NCBI GenBank assembly: GCA_028821455.1
Contig: JAPPGE010000045.1
Coordinates: 17,339-81,338, forward strand
Direction: 5' to 3'
DNA from: a bacterium
GTDB taxonomy: Bacteria > Pseudomonadota > Alphaproteobacteria > SP197
Length of the DNA stretch: 64,000 bases
The position numbers and the translations under genes were made by a program. Of this stretch, positions 8,906 to 18,103 are shown piece by piece. Every line of letters begins with the position of its first letter. Position 1 is the first letter of the stretch. The notes beneath the pieces were generated by a model. The model was not told the origin of the DNA and did no database searches. It worked only from the letters and a program-made list of their open reading frames with translations.

Positions 8906-10069
8906 ATGGACCCCCGAGTTGTAGGGCAGTGCTCGGCTTGGAGCGACGTGGAGGCGATTGCGGGCGCCAACGCGCTGGACGCCCTGGATGGGCCCGTCGA
9001 AACGGCGTCCGCCCTGCCCAACGCCTGCTACACGAGTGCGGCATGGCAGAAGCTCGAGTTCGAGCGCCTCTTCGCCCGAAGCTGGTTTGTCGTGGGCTTC
9101 GTCCAGGACGTGCCCGAGCCTGGCGATGCCATGCCGGTCGAGCCATTCGGGACGCCGCTGCTCGTGCTGCGCGACCTGGACGGCGGGATTCGCGTCTTCC
9201 ACAACGTCTGCCCCCACAGACGCACTGTTCTGGTGACCGGGAAGCGTTCGGGGCTCCGGGAACTCGCCGGCCCCTGCCACGGCTGGAGCTATGATCTTGA
9301 CGGGTCGCTCAGGGACTCTCCGCACGTCGATTGCGGCAGCCCTCACGACGATGCGCCCGGTCTCGTGCCGGTCCGTTCCGAGGTGTGGCACCACTGGATC
9401 TTCGTCAACCTCGATGGCAAGGCGCAGGCGCTGGAGGACTACCTCGCACCGGCAACAGACCTCGTTCGGGGCTACGATCTCGGGGCAACTCGTTATGCGG
9501 GGACCGCGCATTTCGAAATCGCGGCCAACTGGAAGCTGGCGCTGGAGAACTACATCGAGCCCTACCATGTCTTCTCGGCCCATCCGAGGCTGCACGACTT
9601 CGTTTCGATGTCGGAAAGGATGCCGAGCCGAATCGACCGCCACGTGATGTGGAACCGCTACGACTTCGGGATCCCGGAGCCTGGACGGGGCGAAGGACTA
9701 CCCTACTTCCCGAACCTGTCGGTCGAGGCCGCCCGCCAGGTCGTCTGGTTCATCCTCCCCACTGCCTTTGGCGTCGAGTTTCATCCGGATCACGTGGCGA
9801 GCTTTCATCTTGCGCCGGTTGCACCGGACCGATGCCGCGAGCGCATCGACGTCTACGTCGTCGGCGACGCTGCCACCTCGCCGGACTGGGCCGAGGGGCG
9901 CCAGGCGACGCTCGACATGTGGGACGAGCTCAACCACGAGGACATCGGCCTCATCGAGAGCATGCAGAGGGGCCGGACGTCACCGGCCTACGATGGCGGC
10001 AGCCTGTCGGCCTACTGGGACGAAGCCCCTCTCCATCTCAACCGCATGGTCGTCGAAGGCATGCGCTAG
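8906..10069 (+). CDS. Rieske-type non-heme iron oxygenase alpha subunit (GbcA/CntA/Stc2-like), with an atypical second Rieske box
   Basis: CPHRRTV...GPCHGWSYDLDG Rieske domain plus ENYIEPYHVFSAHP mononuclear-iron motif. Divergent from the flavoprotein gene. Confidence 0.75.
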   Translation: MDPRVVGQCSAWSDVEAIAGANALDALDGPVETASALPNACYTSAAWQKLEFERLFARSWFVVGFVQDVPEPGDAMPVEPFGTPLLVLRDLDGGIRVFHNVCPHRRTVLVTGKRSGLRELAGPCHGWSYDLDGSLRDSPHVDCGSPHDDAPGLVPVRSEVWHHWIFVNLDGKAQALEDYLAPATDLVRGYDLGATRYAGTAHFEIAANWKLALENYIEPYHVFSAHPRLHDFVSMSERMPSRIDRHVMWNRYDFGIPEPGRGEGLPYFPNLSVEAARQVVWFILPTAFGVEFHPDHVASFHLAPVAPDRCRERIDVYVVGDAATSPDWAEGRQATLDMWDELNHEDIGLIESMQRGRTSPAYDGGSLSAYWDEAPLHLNRMVVEGMR

Positions 10070-10399
10070 GCGGAGTCTCGTCGCTCCTTGCCGCCAACCA
10101 GGGGTTCAGGTATCGAATGATGCCTGATGTCGACTCCGAAGACCCAGGATCAGGATGTTCGACGTGCGTCCAGCCTCGATTCCCGCTGCCGCCCAATACT
10201 GACAGGTGTCGGACAGCATGACCGGGACGACGGGTGTCATTGATGCCGTTCTGGTGGACCGGGTTCAGGCTTGCATGGCCAGCGGCCCGGGATGCACGTG
10301 ACCGGTCGAACCGGAAGAGGCATTCGGGCAGCCGAGACAACCTGGTCGCCGGAGGAAGTCAATCTCGACGAAGTCATCCGGACCCGAAAAGGGGGGATC

Positions 10400-12031
10400 A
10401 TGCAAGCCAGCAAGCTGAGAACCATGTTCATCGCCATGACGGCTGTCATTCTGGCGGCCAGCTTCACCCAGGCCTGGAGCGCCGAATCCCATCCCGTCAC
10501 GGGCGAAGCGTTGTCGGACAACCAGACCTTCACCTATCGCCTGCTCGACCAGTTTCCGACCCTCGATCCGCAACTCAACCAGGACGTGTCGGGCTTTCAC
10601 GTGATCCGCGACCTCTTCGAAGGTCTCCTGAGCCAGGACGCAGAGGGCAACCTCGTGCCCGGGGTTGCGACACACTTCACGGCGTCGGACAACAACACGA
10701 CCTACACGTTCGCCCTGCGCCCGGATGCCAGGTGGTCGAACGGCGATCCGGTGACGGCGCATGATTTCGTCTACGCATGGAGACGGGCGGTCGACCCTGT
10801 CACCGCCTCTCCCTACGGCTGGTACCTTGAACTGACCCAGATCGTGAACGCTGCGGATATCCTGGCCGGCGAGAAGGATCCCGCCGAGCTTGGCGTGAAC
10901 GCCGTGGACGATCACACGCTCGAGGTCAGGCTGTTCGCGCCGCTGCCCTACTTTCCGGCCATGACGACCTACGCGACGCTGTTTCCGGCGCACCGGGCGA
11001 CCATCGAAGCCCACGGCGCGACGTGGACAGCGCCCGGGAACATGGTCTCCAACGGTGCCTACGTTCTCAGCGAACTGGTGCTGAACGAGTATCACAGGCG
11101 CGTGAAGAATCCGGAGTACTGGGCTGCCGACAACGTGATCATCGAGGAGGTAACGGGCCTCGTCATCAACGACGACAACCAGGCGCTGACCCGCTATCGC
11201 GCCGGTGAACTTGACCACCTCCAGCCCTTGCCTGCGGGGCAGTATCCGGCACTCAAGGAAGAAATGCCCGATGAGGCGACCAGTGTTCCGCGTTTGTGTT
11301 CCTACTACTACGCCATCAATCACTCAGAGAGTGGCCATCCGGCGCTCAAGGACGTGCGCGTGCGCAGGGCGCTCAGCATTGCCATCGACCGCAACGTGAT
11401 TGTCGAACGGCTCCTGAAGGGTGGCCAGTGGCCCGCCTACAACTTCACGCATCTCAAGACTGCCGGCTTCGAGATGCCCGAGATTGCCTATGCGTCGCTC
11501 GATCAGACCGAGCGCGACGACGAGGCCAGGCGCCTCATGGCGGCTTCCGGCATCGAGAATCTGACGCTCAGGCTGATCTACAACACTTCCGAAAGCCACA
11601 AGCAGATCGCCACGGTCATCAGTCAGATGTGGAAGCAGAAACTCGGCGTGACGACGGAACTGGCCAACTTCGAGTGGAAGACCTACCTCAACATTATGGA
11701 CAATCAGGAGTTCGATCTGGCCCGTTCAGGCTGGTGCGGCGACTACAACGAGGCGTCGACCTTTCTCGACCTGCTCACCACGACCCACGGCGCAAATCGC
11801 GGCAAGTACTCGAACCCTGACGTCGACGAACTCATGAATGCCTCGAAGACCGTCGAAGATCCGGGCGCGATCTACGCCGAGGTCGAGCAGATCCTGGCCG
11901 AGGACATGGCCATCATTCCGATCTATCACTATGCCAACACGTTCCTGCTCTCCAGCGACATACGGGGCTGGCCTTATGACAACGTCGAAAACAACTGGTA
12001 CTCGAAGAACCTCTATCGCGTAGCGGACTGA
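10400..12031 (+). CDS. ABC transporter substrate-binding protein, family 5 (OppA/DppA-like)
   Basis: ATG 10400 is preceded by AAAAGGGGGG. Signal peptide MQASKLRTMFIAMTAVILAASFTQAWSA. Length and composition are typical of peptide/opine-type SBPs. Confidence 0.85.
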   Translation: MQASKLRTMFIAMTAVILAASFTQAWSAESHPVTGEALSDNQTFTYRLLDQFPTLDPQLNQDVSGFHVIRDLFEGLLSQDAEGNLVPGVATHFTASDNNTTYTFALRPDARWSNGDPVTAHDFVYAWRRAVDPVTASPYGWYLELTQIVNAADILAGEKDPAELGVNAVDDHTLEVRLFAPLPYFPAMTTYATLFPAHRATIEAHGATWTAPGNMVSNGAYVLSELVLNEYHRRVKNPEYWAADNVIIEEVTGLVINDDNQALTRYRAGELDHLQPLPAGQYPALKEEMPDEATSVPRLCSYYYAINHSESGHPALKDVRVRRALSIAIDRNVIVERLLKGGQWPAYNFTHLKTAGFEMPEIAYASLDQTERDDEARRLMAASGIENLTLRLIYNTSESHKQIATVISQMWKQKLGVTTELANFEWKTYLNIMDNQEFDLARSGWCGDYNEASTFLDLLTTTHGANRGKYSNPDVDELMNASKTVEDPGAIYAEVEQILAEDMAIIPIYHYANTFLLSSDIRGWPYDNVENNWYSKNLYRVAD

Positions 12032-12062
12032 TCGAGGGCCCCCGGAACGTCCGGGCCGCCGG

Positions 12063-12986
12063 ATGATCTACTACGTCGCCAGGCGTCTCGCGGTCGCCGT
12101 GCCGACGCTCCTCATTCTCATCATCGTTTCCTATGTCCTGATGTACGCTGCGCCGGGCGGGCCGTTCGACACCGAGCGCACGTTGCCGCCCGAGGTCATG
12201 GCCAACCTCCAGCACAAGTACGGGCTCGACCAGCCGCTCGTCGTGCAGATCTGGCGCTATGTCGTTTCCATCGTGACGGAATTCGATTTCGGGCCGTCGT
12301 TCCAGTACACGGACCAGACCGTCAATGACATCATTCGCCAGGGTTTCCCGGTGACGCTGACCTACGGGGCGTGGTCGTTCCTGGTGGCGGTCCTGGCGGG
12401 CGTCTCGCTGGGTATCGCGGCGGCCGTCTGTCACAACACCTTTCTCGACTACCTCTGCGTCGGAGTTTCCGTCGGCGCCCAGGTCCTGCCGAACTTTGTC
12501 CTCGCACCGGTTCTGACCCTGGTCTTCACGCTGTGGCTGGCCTGGCTTCCCGGCGGAGGCTGGCAGGGAGGGCACTGGCCCTATGTCGTTCTGCCGGTCA
12601 TCGCGCTCTCGACGTCGTTCATGGCCTCGATCGCCCGCATGACCCGCTCGTCCATGCTGGAGGCGCTGAACGCCGACTTCATTCGAACAGCCCGGGCCAA
12701 GGGCCTGCCGATGCGCCGGATCGTCATCCGCCATGCGCTCAAACCCGCCATGCTGCCGGTGATCTCCTATCTCGGGCCGACGTTCGTCGGCATGATCACC
12801 GGCTCCGTGGTGATCGACGTCTTCTTCGCGACCGGTGGAATCGGCCAGTTTTTCGTCAACTCGGCGCTGAACCGCGACTATCCGGTGATCATGGGGATCA
12901 CCATCCTGGCCGGCGCGCTCACCATTGCCTTCAACCTTGTGGTCGACCTGCTCTACGCCTGGTTGGACCCGCGCATCCGGTACTGA
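12063..12986 (+). CDS. ABC transporter permease (OppB/DppB-like)
   Basis: MIYYVARRLAVAVPTLLILIIVSYVLMYAAPGGPFD N-terminus, polytopic, 307 aa. Confidence 0.85.
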   Translation: MIYYVARRLAVAVPTLLILIIVSYVLMYAAPGGPFDTERTLPPEVMANLQHKYGLDQPLVVQIWRYVVSIVTEFDFGPSFQYTDQTVNDIIRQGFPVTLTYGAWSFLVAVLAGVSLGIAAAVCHNTFLDYLCVGVSVGAQVLPNFVLAPVLTLVFTLWLAWLPGGGWQGGHWPYVVLPVIALSTSFMASIARMTRSSMLEALNADFIRTARAKGLPMRRIVIRHALKPAMLPVISYLGPTFVGMITGSVVIDVFFATGGIGQFFVNSALNRDYPVIMGITILAGALTIAFNLVVDLLYAWLDPRIRY

Positions 12987-12987
12987 C

Positions 12988-13923
12988 GTGTCGCCGCTTC
13001 TCTTCGGCCGCCGCACCATCCGGGCCCTGACCACGACCGGCGCCCCGGATACCTCCGGCGGCCGCTCGCTCTGGCAGGACGCCCGTGGCCGCTTTGTCTG
13101 CAACCGCGCAGCCATGGCGAGCCTGGCGATCCTCTGCGTCCTTGTCCTCTTTGTGCTTTTCGGTGACTTCCTGGCGGCCTGGTCCAACGAGGAGATCGAC
13201 TGGGCCATGCTTGGCAACGTCGCGGAAGAGGGAGGCCCCTCGTTTGCAAACGGCCACTACTTCGGGGTGGACGAACTGGGCCGCGACCTCTACGCGCGCA
13301 CGGTGCAGGGGACCGGGATATCGCTGATGGTCGGCGTCCTGGGAGCACTGGTCTCGATGGTGGTCGGCACCCTCTACGGGGCCGTGGCGGGATACCTCGG
13401 CGGTGCGGTCGACAACGTGATGATGCGCATCGTCGATGTCCTGATGGCCATTCCCTACATGTTCGTGCTGATCGTGTTCATGGTCGTTTTCGGCCGTTCG
13501 ATCCTCATGCTGTTCGTGGGCATCGGCCTCATCAGCTGGCTCGACATGGCGCGAATCGCACGGGGGCAGACGCTGTCCATCAAGAACCGGGACTTTGTCG
13601 AAGCCGCCGTCGCGATCGGCGTCAGACCGGGGAGGATCATCCTGCGCCACATCATCCCCAATCTTCTGGGCGTGGTCGTGGTCTATGCGACGCTGCTCGT
13701 GCCTTCGATGATCATCTACGAGAGTTTCATCAGTTTTCTCGGTCTTGGCGTACAGGAACCCGACACGAGCCTGGGCGCGCTCATCAGCGACGGTGCGAGC
13801 CAGATGCAGTACGGCACGCTCTGGCAGCTGCTGTTCCCGCTCTCCTTCTTCGTCACCACGTTGTTCGCGTTCTTCTTCGTGGGCGACGGGCTGCGCGATG
13901 CGCTCGATCCCAGGGACCGGTGA
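12988..13923 (+). CDS. ABC transporter permease (OppC/DppC-like)
   Basis: GTG 12988 lies 1 nt after the upstream stop. Polytopic protein with an EAA-like region. The track ORF start at 12925 overlaps the previous gene. Confidence 0.8.
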   Translation: MSPLLFGRRTIRALTTTGAPDTSGGRSLWQDARGRFVCNRAAMASLAILCVLVLFVLFGDFLAAWSNEEIDWAMLGNVAEEGGPSFANGHYFGVDELGRDLYARTVQGTGISLMVGVLGALVSMVVGTLYGAVAGYLGGAVDNVMMRIVDVLMAIPYMFVLIVFMVVFGRSILMLFVGIGLISWLDMARIARGQTLSIKNRDFVEAAVAIGVRPGRIILRHIIPNLLGVVVVYATLLVPSMIIYESFISFLGLGVQEPDTSLGALISDGASQMQYGTLWQLLFPLSFFVTTLFAFFFVGDGLRDALDPRDR

Positions 13924-13926
13924 ACC

Positions 13927-14895
13927 ATGACCCTGCTTCAGGTGCGTGATCTGCGCGTCTCCTTCCAGACTGGCGACGGCACGGTCGACGCCGTGAACGG
14001 GGTCGACCTCGCGGTCCCAGCCGGACAAGCGATTGCCGTGGTCGGCGAGAGCGGTTCGGGCAAGAGCCAGATCATGCTCGCCGTCATGGGTCTCCTGGCG
14101 CGGAACGGAACGGCCTCGGGCTCGATCAGGTTTGACGGCACCGAGCTGCTCGGTCTCGACGAGCGTGCGTTCAACCGAATTCGCGCGCGCGAGATCGCGA
14201 TGATCTTTCAGGATCCGATGACGGCGCTCAATCCCTACATGAGGATCTCGCACCAGATGACCGAGGTGCTGACACTGCACAAGGGCATGAGTCACGGCGC
14301 GGCGCTCGGCGAAGCGGTCCGCCTGCTCGACGCCATGGAAGTGCCCGAGGCCCGCACCCGCATCACCATGTATCCGCACGAGTTCTCCGGTGGCATGCGC
14401 CAGCGGGTGCTGATCGCGATGGCGCTGCTCTGCCGTCCTCGCCTGTTGATTGCCGACGAACCCACCACAGCGCTTGATGCCACGGTCCGCGGCCAGATCA
14501 TGCGCCTTCTCGGGAACGTGAAGTCCGCGTTCGACACGGCCGTCATTCTCGTCACTCACGATGCCGGCATCGTCGCTGGACACTGTGACGAGATGGTCGT
14601 GCTCTACGGTGGTCAGGTGATGGAAAGCGGTCCGGTGGCCGAGACCTTCGCCGCACCGCTGCACCCCTATACGCGCGGTCTGCTGGACGCCGTTCCGCGG
14701 CTCGACCGTGACGACGAGAGGTTGCGTGCCATTCCCGGGGATCCGCCAGGCATGCAACATCTTCCTGGCGGATGTCCCTTTGCCGCGCGTTGCCCGAGGG
14801 CGGACGAGCGTTGTCATCATGTCCGGCCCCCTGGCGTCAGTCATGGGCCGGGTCGGCGGGTTGCCTGCCACTGGCCCCTGGGTGGTGCGGGATGA
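13927..14895 (+). CDS. ABC transporter ATP-binding protein (OppD/DppD-like)
   Basis: GESGSGKS Walker A, FSGGMRQR signature, [12 protein letters not shown] Walker B, C-terminal CPFAARC oligopeptide-type extension. Confidence 0.9.
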   Translation: MTLLQVRDLRVSFQTGDGTVDAVNGVDLAVPAGQAIAVVGESGSGKSQIMLAVMGLLARNGTASGSIRFDGTELLGLDERAFNRIRAREIAMIFQDPMTALNPYMRISHQMTEVLTLHKGMSHGAALGEAVRLLDAMEVPEARTRITMYPHEFSGGMRQRVLIAMALLCRPRLLIADEPTTALDATVRGQIMRLLGNVKSAFDTAVILVTHDAGIVAGHCDEMVVLYGGQVMESGPVAETFAAPLHPYTRGLLDAVPRLDRDDERLRAIPGDPPGMQHLPGGCPFAARCPRADERCHHVRPPGVSHGPGRRVACHWPLGGAG

Positions 14896-15872
14896 GCGTG
14901 CCCCTTCTCTCTGTGCGGGATCTTTCAGTCACCTTTCGCATGCGCCCCGGGGGAAGCCCCCCATGGGCGCGACCGAAGGAGCTTCAGGCCGTCCGGAGGG
15001 TTGGTTTCGATCTCGCTCCGGCCGAAACGCTTGGCATTGTCGGCGAGAGCGGATCCGGCAAGTCCACCCTTGCCCGCTCCCTGATCGGGACGGTCCCCGC
15101 CACCGGAGGCCGGGCGCTCTGGCAAGGCAAGGACCTGCTGGCGTTGAATCCCGGGGAGCGCCGGCCCCTTCGTCGCGACATGCAGATGATCTTCCAGGAT
15201 CCTCTGGGGGCGCTGGATCCCCGCATGACGGCTGGCGAGATCATCGCCGAGCCTCTCGTGACCCATGAAACAGACCTGTCGAGGCGCGAGATCACGTCGC
15301 GAGTGAGTGCACTGCTCGAACGGGTGGGCCTGCTGCCCGAGCACATCAACCGCTATCCGCACGAGTTCTCCGGCGGCCAGTGCCAGCGAATCGGCATTGC
15401 GCGCGCGCTCATCGTTCGCCCGAAGCTCCTGATCTGCGATGAACCCGTCTCGGCACTCGACGTCAGTGTGCAGGCCCAGATCGTCAACCTGCTCCGCGAC
15501 CTGCAGCGCGACCTCGACCTGTCGCTGATCTTCATCTCCCACGACCTTGGCGTGGTGAAGCACATCGCGGACCGGATCCTGGTGTTCTATCTCGGCCGGG
15601 TCATGGAGTACGGCGCCACACGCGCTCTCGTTCACGATCCGCGCCATCCCTACACCCGGGCCCTGATCGCGGCGACGCCGGTCCCTGACCCCGCGGTCGA
15701 ACGCGGACGCCCGGCAACGGGCCTCGAGGGCGAGGTGCCGTCGCCCTTGTCGCCGCCATCGGGATGCGTATTTCGCACCCGTTGTCCCGTGGCCCGTCCA
15801 TCCTGTGCCGAGGCCATCCCGGCACTCGACGAGCACGACGACGGCCGTTTCGTGGCCTGTCCCTTCGTCTGA
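14892..15872 (+). CDS. ABC transporter ATP-binding protein (OppF/DppF-like)
   Basis: ATG 14892 (ATGA overlap with the upstream stop) gives [32 protein letters not shown] and LLICDEPVSALD motifs. Confidence 0.9.
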   Translation: MSVPLLSVRDLSVTFRMRPGGSPPWARPKELQAVRRVGFDLAPAETLGIVGESGSGKSTLARSLIGTVPATGGRALWQGKDLLALNPGERRPLRRDMQMIFQDPLGALDPRMTAGEIIAEPLVTHETDLSRREITSRVSALLERVGLLPEHINRYPHEFSGGQCQRIGIARALIVRPKLLICDEPVSALDVSVQAQIVNLLRDLQRDLDLSLIFISHDLGVVKHIADRILVFYLGRVMEYGATRALVHDPRHPYTRALIAATPVPDPAVERGRPATGLEGEVPSPLSPPSGCVFRTRCPVARPSCAEAIPALDEHDDGRFVACPFV

Positions 15873-16087
15873 GGCGGATTCACGAACGCGAGTTGTACCA
15901 GTATGCGTGGTTGCTGATTTATCAATACAATTCATCACCTAATCACGTACAAGGCTCAACCGGGCCCAGATACATCGGCCATCTACTGTCGGAAGACGGG
16001 CGAAGGTGCCACGGCGGTCCAGCAATTAGGGGTTGAGTTCCTTGTGACTTCAGGAAGCCCAGAATTCGGATGAGACCTACACTCTTC

Positions 16088-16780
16088 TCATCCATGTGGA
16101 TCGGGGTAGAAGTCGCCCGGACGCTCCAGCTTCGGGAAACCAGGATACTCCGAAGCGTGGTTCCCCGGCGCATGTTCCTGCTGCCGGATTCTGTCGCCTG
16201 ATGGGCCCTCGATCTTCTTGCGAATTTTCGTCTCATGCCATCGAATATTGAATGCAGCATACTCGAACTCAGGTCGGCGATGATGGAAGAACTTGATTTC
16301 CGAGTAACACAAATGATCGTGGATCCACCACGCCATCGCCTTCCACGACAGTTCCGGCCGCTTCTCTAGGTAGTCTATGAACCAGGGAATGACGATGCTG
16401 GCTGTCCCGCCCATCTTCTCTTCATCATCGAGTCGGTCCCACACATGTCGTGCGTGGTTGTATGCAGTTGCGGCTACGTTCCGATGCTTCGAGCCGCAGT
16501 CGTTTATGGTCACCGATCGGAATGCCGAGCGAATCGACACATGGCCAAACGTCGCATGAAGGGGCTCGAGAAGGGTCGAGCATAGTTTCTTTCCCACTTC
16601 GACAGCCAGCGTGGGATCGTTCGGAACGTTTCTCAATCCGTAAACGGTTGCAATCTCGCTGTAGAGCATGTCGCGCATGAAGAAATGGCGCGATAGCCTG
16701 ATCCTGCCGAAGTTCTCGAGTTCGTGCATCGTCCAGGACTTGGGGTCTCCACCTGGAATGGGTTGTTCTCGCTTCATCAT
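16088..16780 (-). CDS. Divergent LAS/peptidase-M15-like protein (phage endolysin-type zinc peptidase fold), no signal peptide
   Basis: 230 aa in the most A/T-rich coding stretch of the window. The pattern LSRHFFMRDMLYSEIATVYGLRNVPNDP...LLEPLHATFGHVSIRSAFRS..N resembles Peptidase_M15_3. Candidate ligands are H109-x5-D115 (NHARHVWD) and H154-D-H156 (IHDH). Confidence 0.45.
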   Translation of the reverse strand: MMKREQPIPGGDPKSWTMHELENFGRIRLSRHFFMRDMLYSEIATVYGLRNVPNDPTLAVEVGKKLCSTLLEPLHATFGHVSIRSAFRSVTINDCGSKHRNVAATAYNHARHVWDRLDDEEKMGGTASIVIPWFIDYLEKRPELSWKAMAWWIHDHLCYSEIKFFHHRRPEFEYAAFNIRWHETKIRKKIEGPSGDRIRQQEHAPGNHASEYPGFPKLERPGDFYPDPHG

Positions 16781-16978
16781 TGAATGCCTTCTCCGTTTTC
16801 GGCGACCTGTTCAGGCATAGGTTTCAGCCGAAGGGCTCGGATTAGCGGACATCTTCTCGGTGCGGAGCGTTTGCACAGCGCCCGTAGGCCCCAATGCCCA
16901 ATCTTCATAGCTCACTGTTGCACGCCGCATCGCGCTCAGAAAACGTCGGTCGAGCCAGATGTGTCCTGACGACAGATA

Positions 16979-17938
16979 TCAGGAATCCTCTCCCATCTCC
17001 CGCAGGAGGGCCTTGACCACGGCCGTCGCGTTGTCGGCCGCCAGTCCCAGAAAGACCTCCATCTGGTTCGCACCAGCGCCGCCGCCGGCGAGGTCCGAGA
17101 GGCTGCGCACGCCAATGAAGGGAATGTCGTTGGCGTAGGCGACGTGGGCGACGGCGGCGCTCTCCATGTCCAGCACACGTGCGTCGAAGGTCTGATAGGT
17201 CCAGGTTCGGAACGCGGCGTTGTCGACAAAGGCGCTGCCGGAGACCCCGGATCCGCCGATGACGATCCTGGGAGTCTCCTCAAGGCACGAGCCTTCCGTC
17301 GTACAGCGTCTGAGTGCTACCCTGTCCGCCATGGAACGGGCCGAGGCGAGCAGCCGCTCGTCCACCGTGAACCAGAAGCGTGTCTCGGGTTGCTCGGCTC
17401 CGCGGCGAAGCACGGTGACCGCACGCGGAAACATCATGCCGAGGTGCCCGTACGGGTACTCGAAGAACGGCATCGTTGCCCAGCCGTCGTCCGTTTCACG
17501 CGCGAACAGCATCTCGAGATACTGTCCCCAGCGCTCCGCGATCACGACATCGCCGATGTTGAGGCCCGGATCGACGCCGCCGGCGATGCCGGAGAACACC
17601 ACGTCCCTGATGGCGAAATGGTCAAACGCCAGCTGCGTCGTCATCGCCGCGTTGACGACACTGATTCCGCTCAGGAAAAGCACGACTTCGTGCCCTTCCA
17701 GAGTGCCCGTGCTGAAGACGACACCGTTTACCGTGAACTCCGATGCGTCTTCCAGTTCGCGTTTCAGAATCGTCAGTTCAGGCGCGAAAGCGGAGATGAT
17801 GGCAATGCGCGGGGTTTCGTCGAGGATTGCGTGCGCATCCGCCGAACGGAGCGGGACAGCCGCGAAAAGCAGCAGGGCGCCATGGCCGGCGATCAGGATC
17901 TCCCGGGCGCCGGGAATGAAACGGCATGCTGGCATCAT
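16979..17938 (-). CDS. Secreted PNP_UDP_1-family nucleosidase/phosphorylase (MTA/SAH nucleosidase-like)
   Basis: Start at MMPACRFIPGAREILIAGHGALLLFAAVPLRSADA (signal-peptide-like). SGIAGG, VLDMESAAVAHVA and GVRSLSDLAG are typical of the MTAN/PNP family. Confidence 0.7.
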   Translation of the reverse strand: MMPACRFIPGAREILIAGHGALLLFAAVPLRSADAHAILDETPRIAIISAFAPELTILKRELEDASEFTVNGVVFSTGTLEGHEVVLFLSGISVVNAAMTTQLAFDHFAIRDVVFSGIAGGVDPGLNIGDVVIAERWGQYLEMLFARETDDGWATMPFFEYPYGHLGMMFPRAVTVLRRGAEQPETRFWFTVDERLLASARSMADRVALRRCTTEGSCLEETPRIVIGGSGVSGSAFVDNAAFRTWTYQTFDARVLDMESAAVAHVAYANDIPFIGVRSLSDLAGGGAGANQMEVFLGLAADNATAVVKALLREMGEDS

Positions 17939-18103
17939 CGCGCGTGTCCCATTGCAAGGAAGTGGACGGCGTCGGGAAGGCGGCACGACGTAGTCTGAAG
18001 CGGGTCTCCTTGCAATGCCACATGGATCGGCATGCAGGCTCCGGGAGGAAGGTCGACTTCACCTGCGAACGACGGCCGGATCGTCCGGTTGCCGGTGGGT
18101 CGA

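Noticed and set aside
16030-16040. GGTTGAGTTCC, a tRNA T-loop-like string at the left edge of the A/T-rich island (possible tRNA-fragment att site)
   Set aside because: The flanking bases do not form a T-arm or acceptor stem, and I found no matching repeat at the other island edge by eye.
16979-17938. PNP-fold protein as a Detocs/CBASS-type ATP-nucleosidase immune effector
   Set aside because: It has an apparent signal peptide and no fused receiver or sensor domain. No histidine kinase, cyclase or other signalling partner is nearby, so salvage or periplasmic nucleosidase is the more economical reading. It is kept only as part of the island finding.
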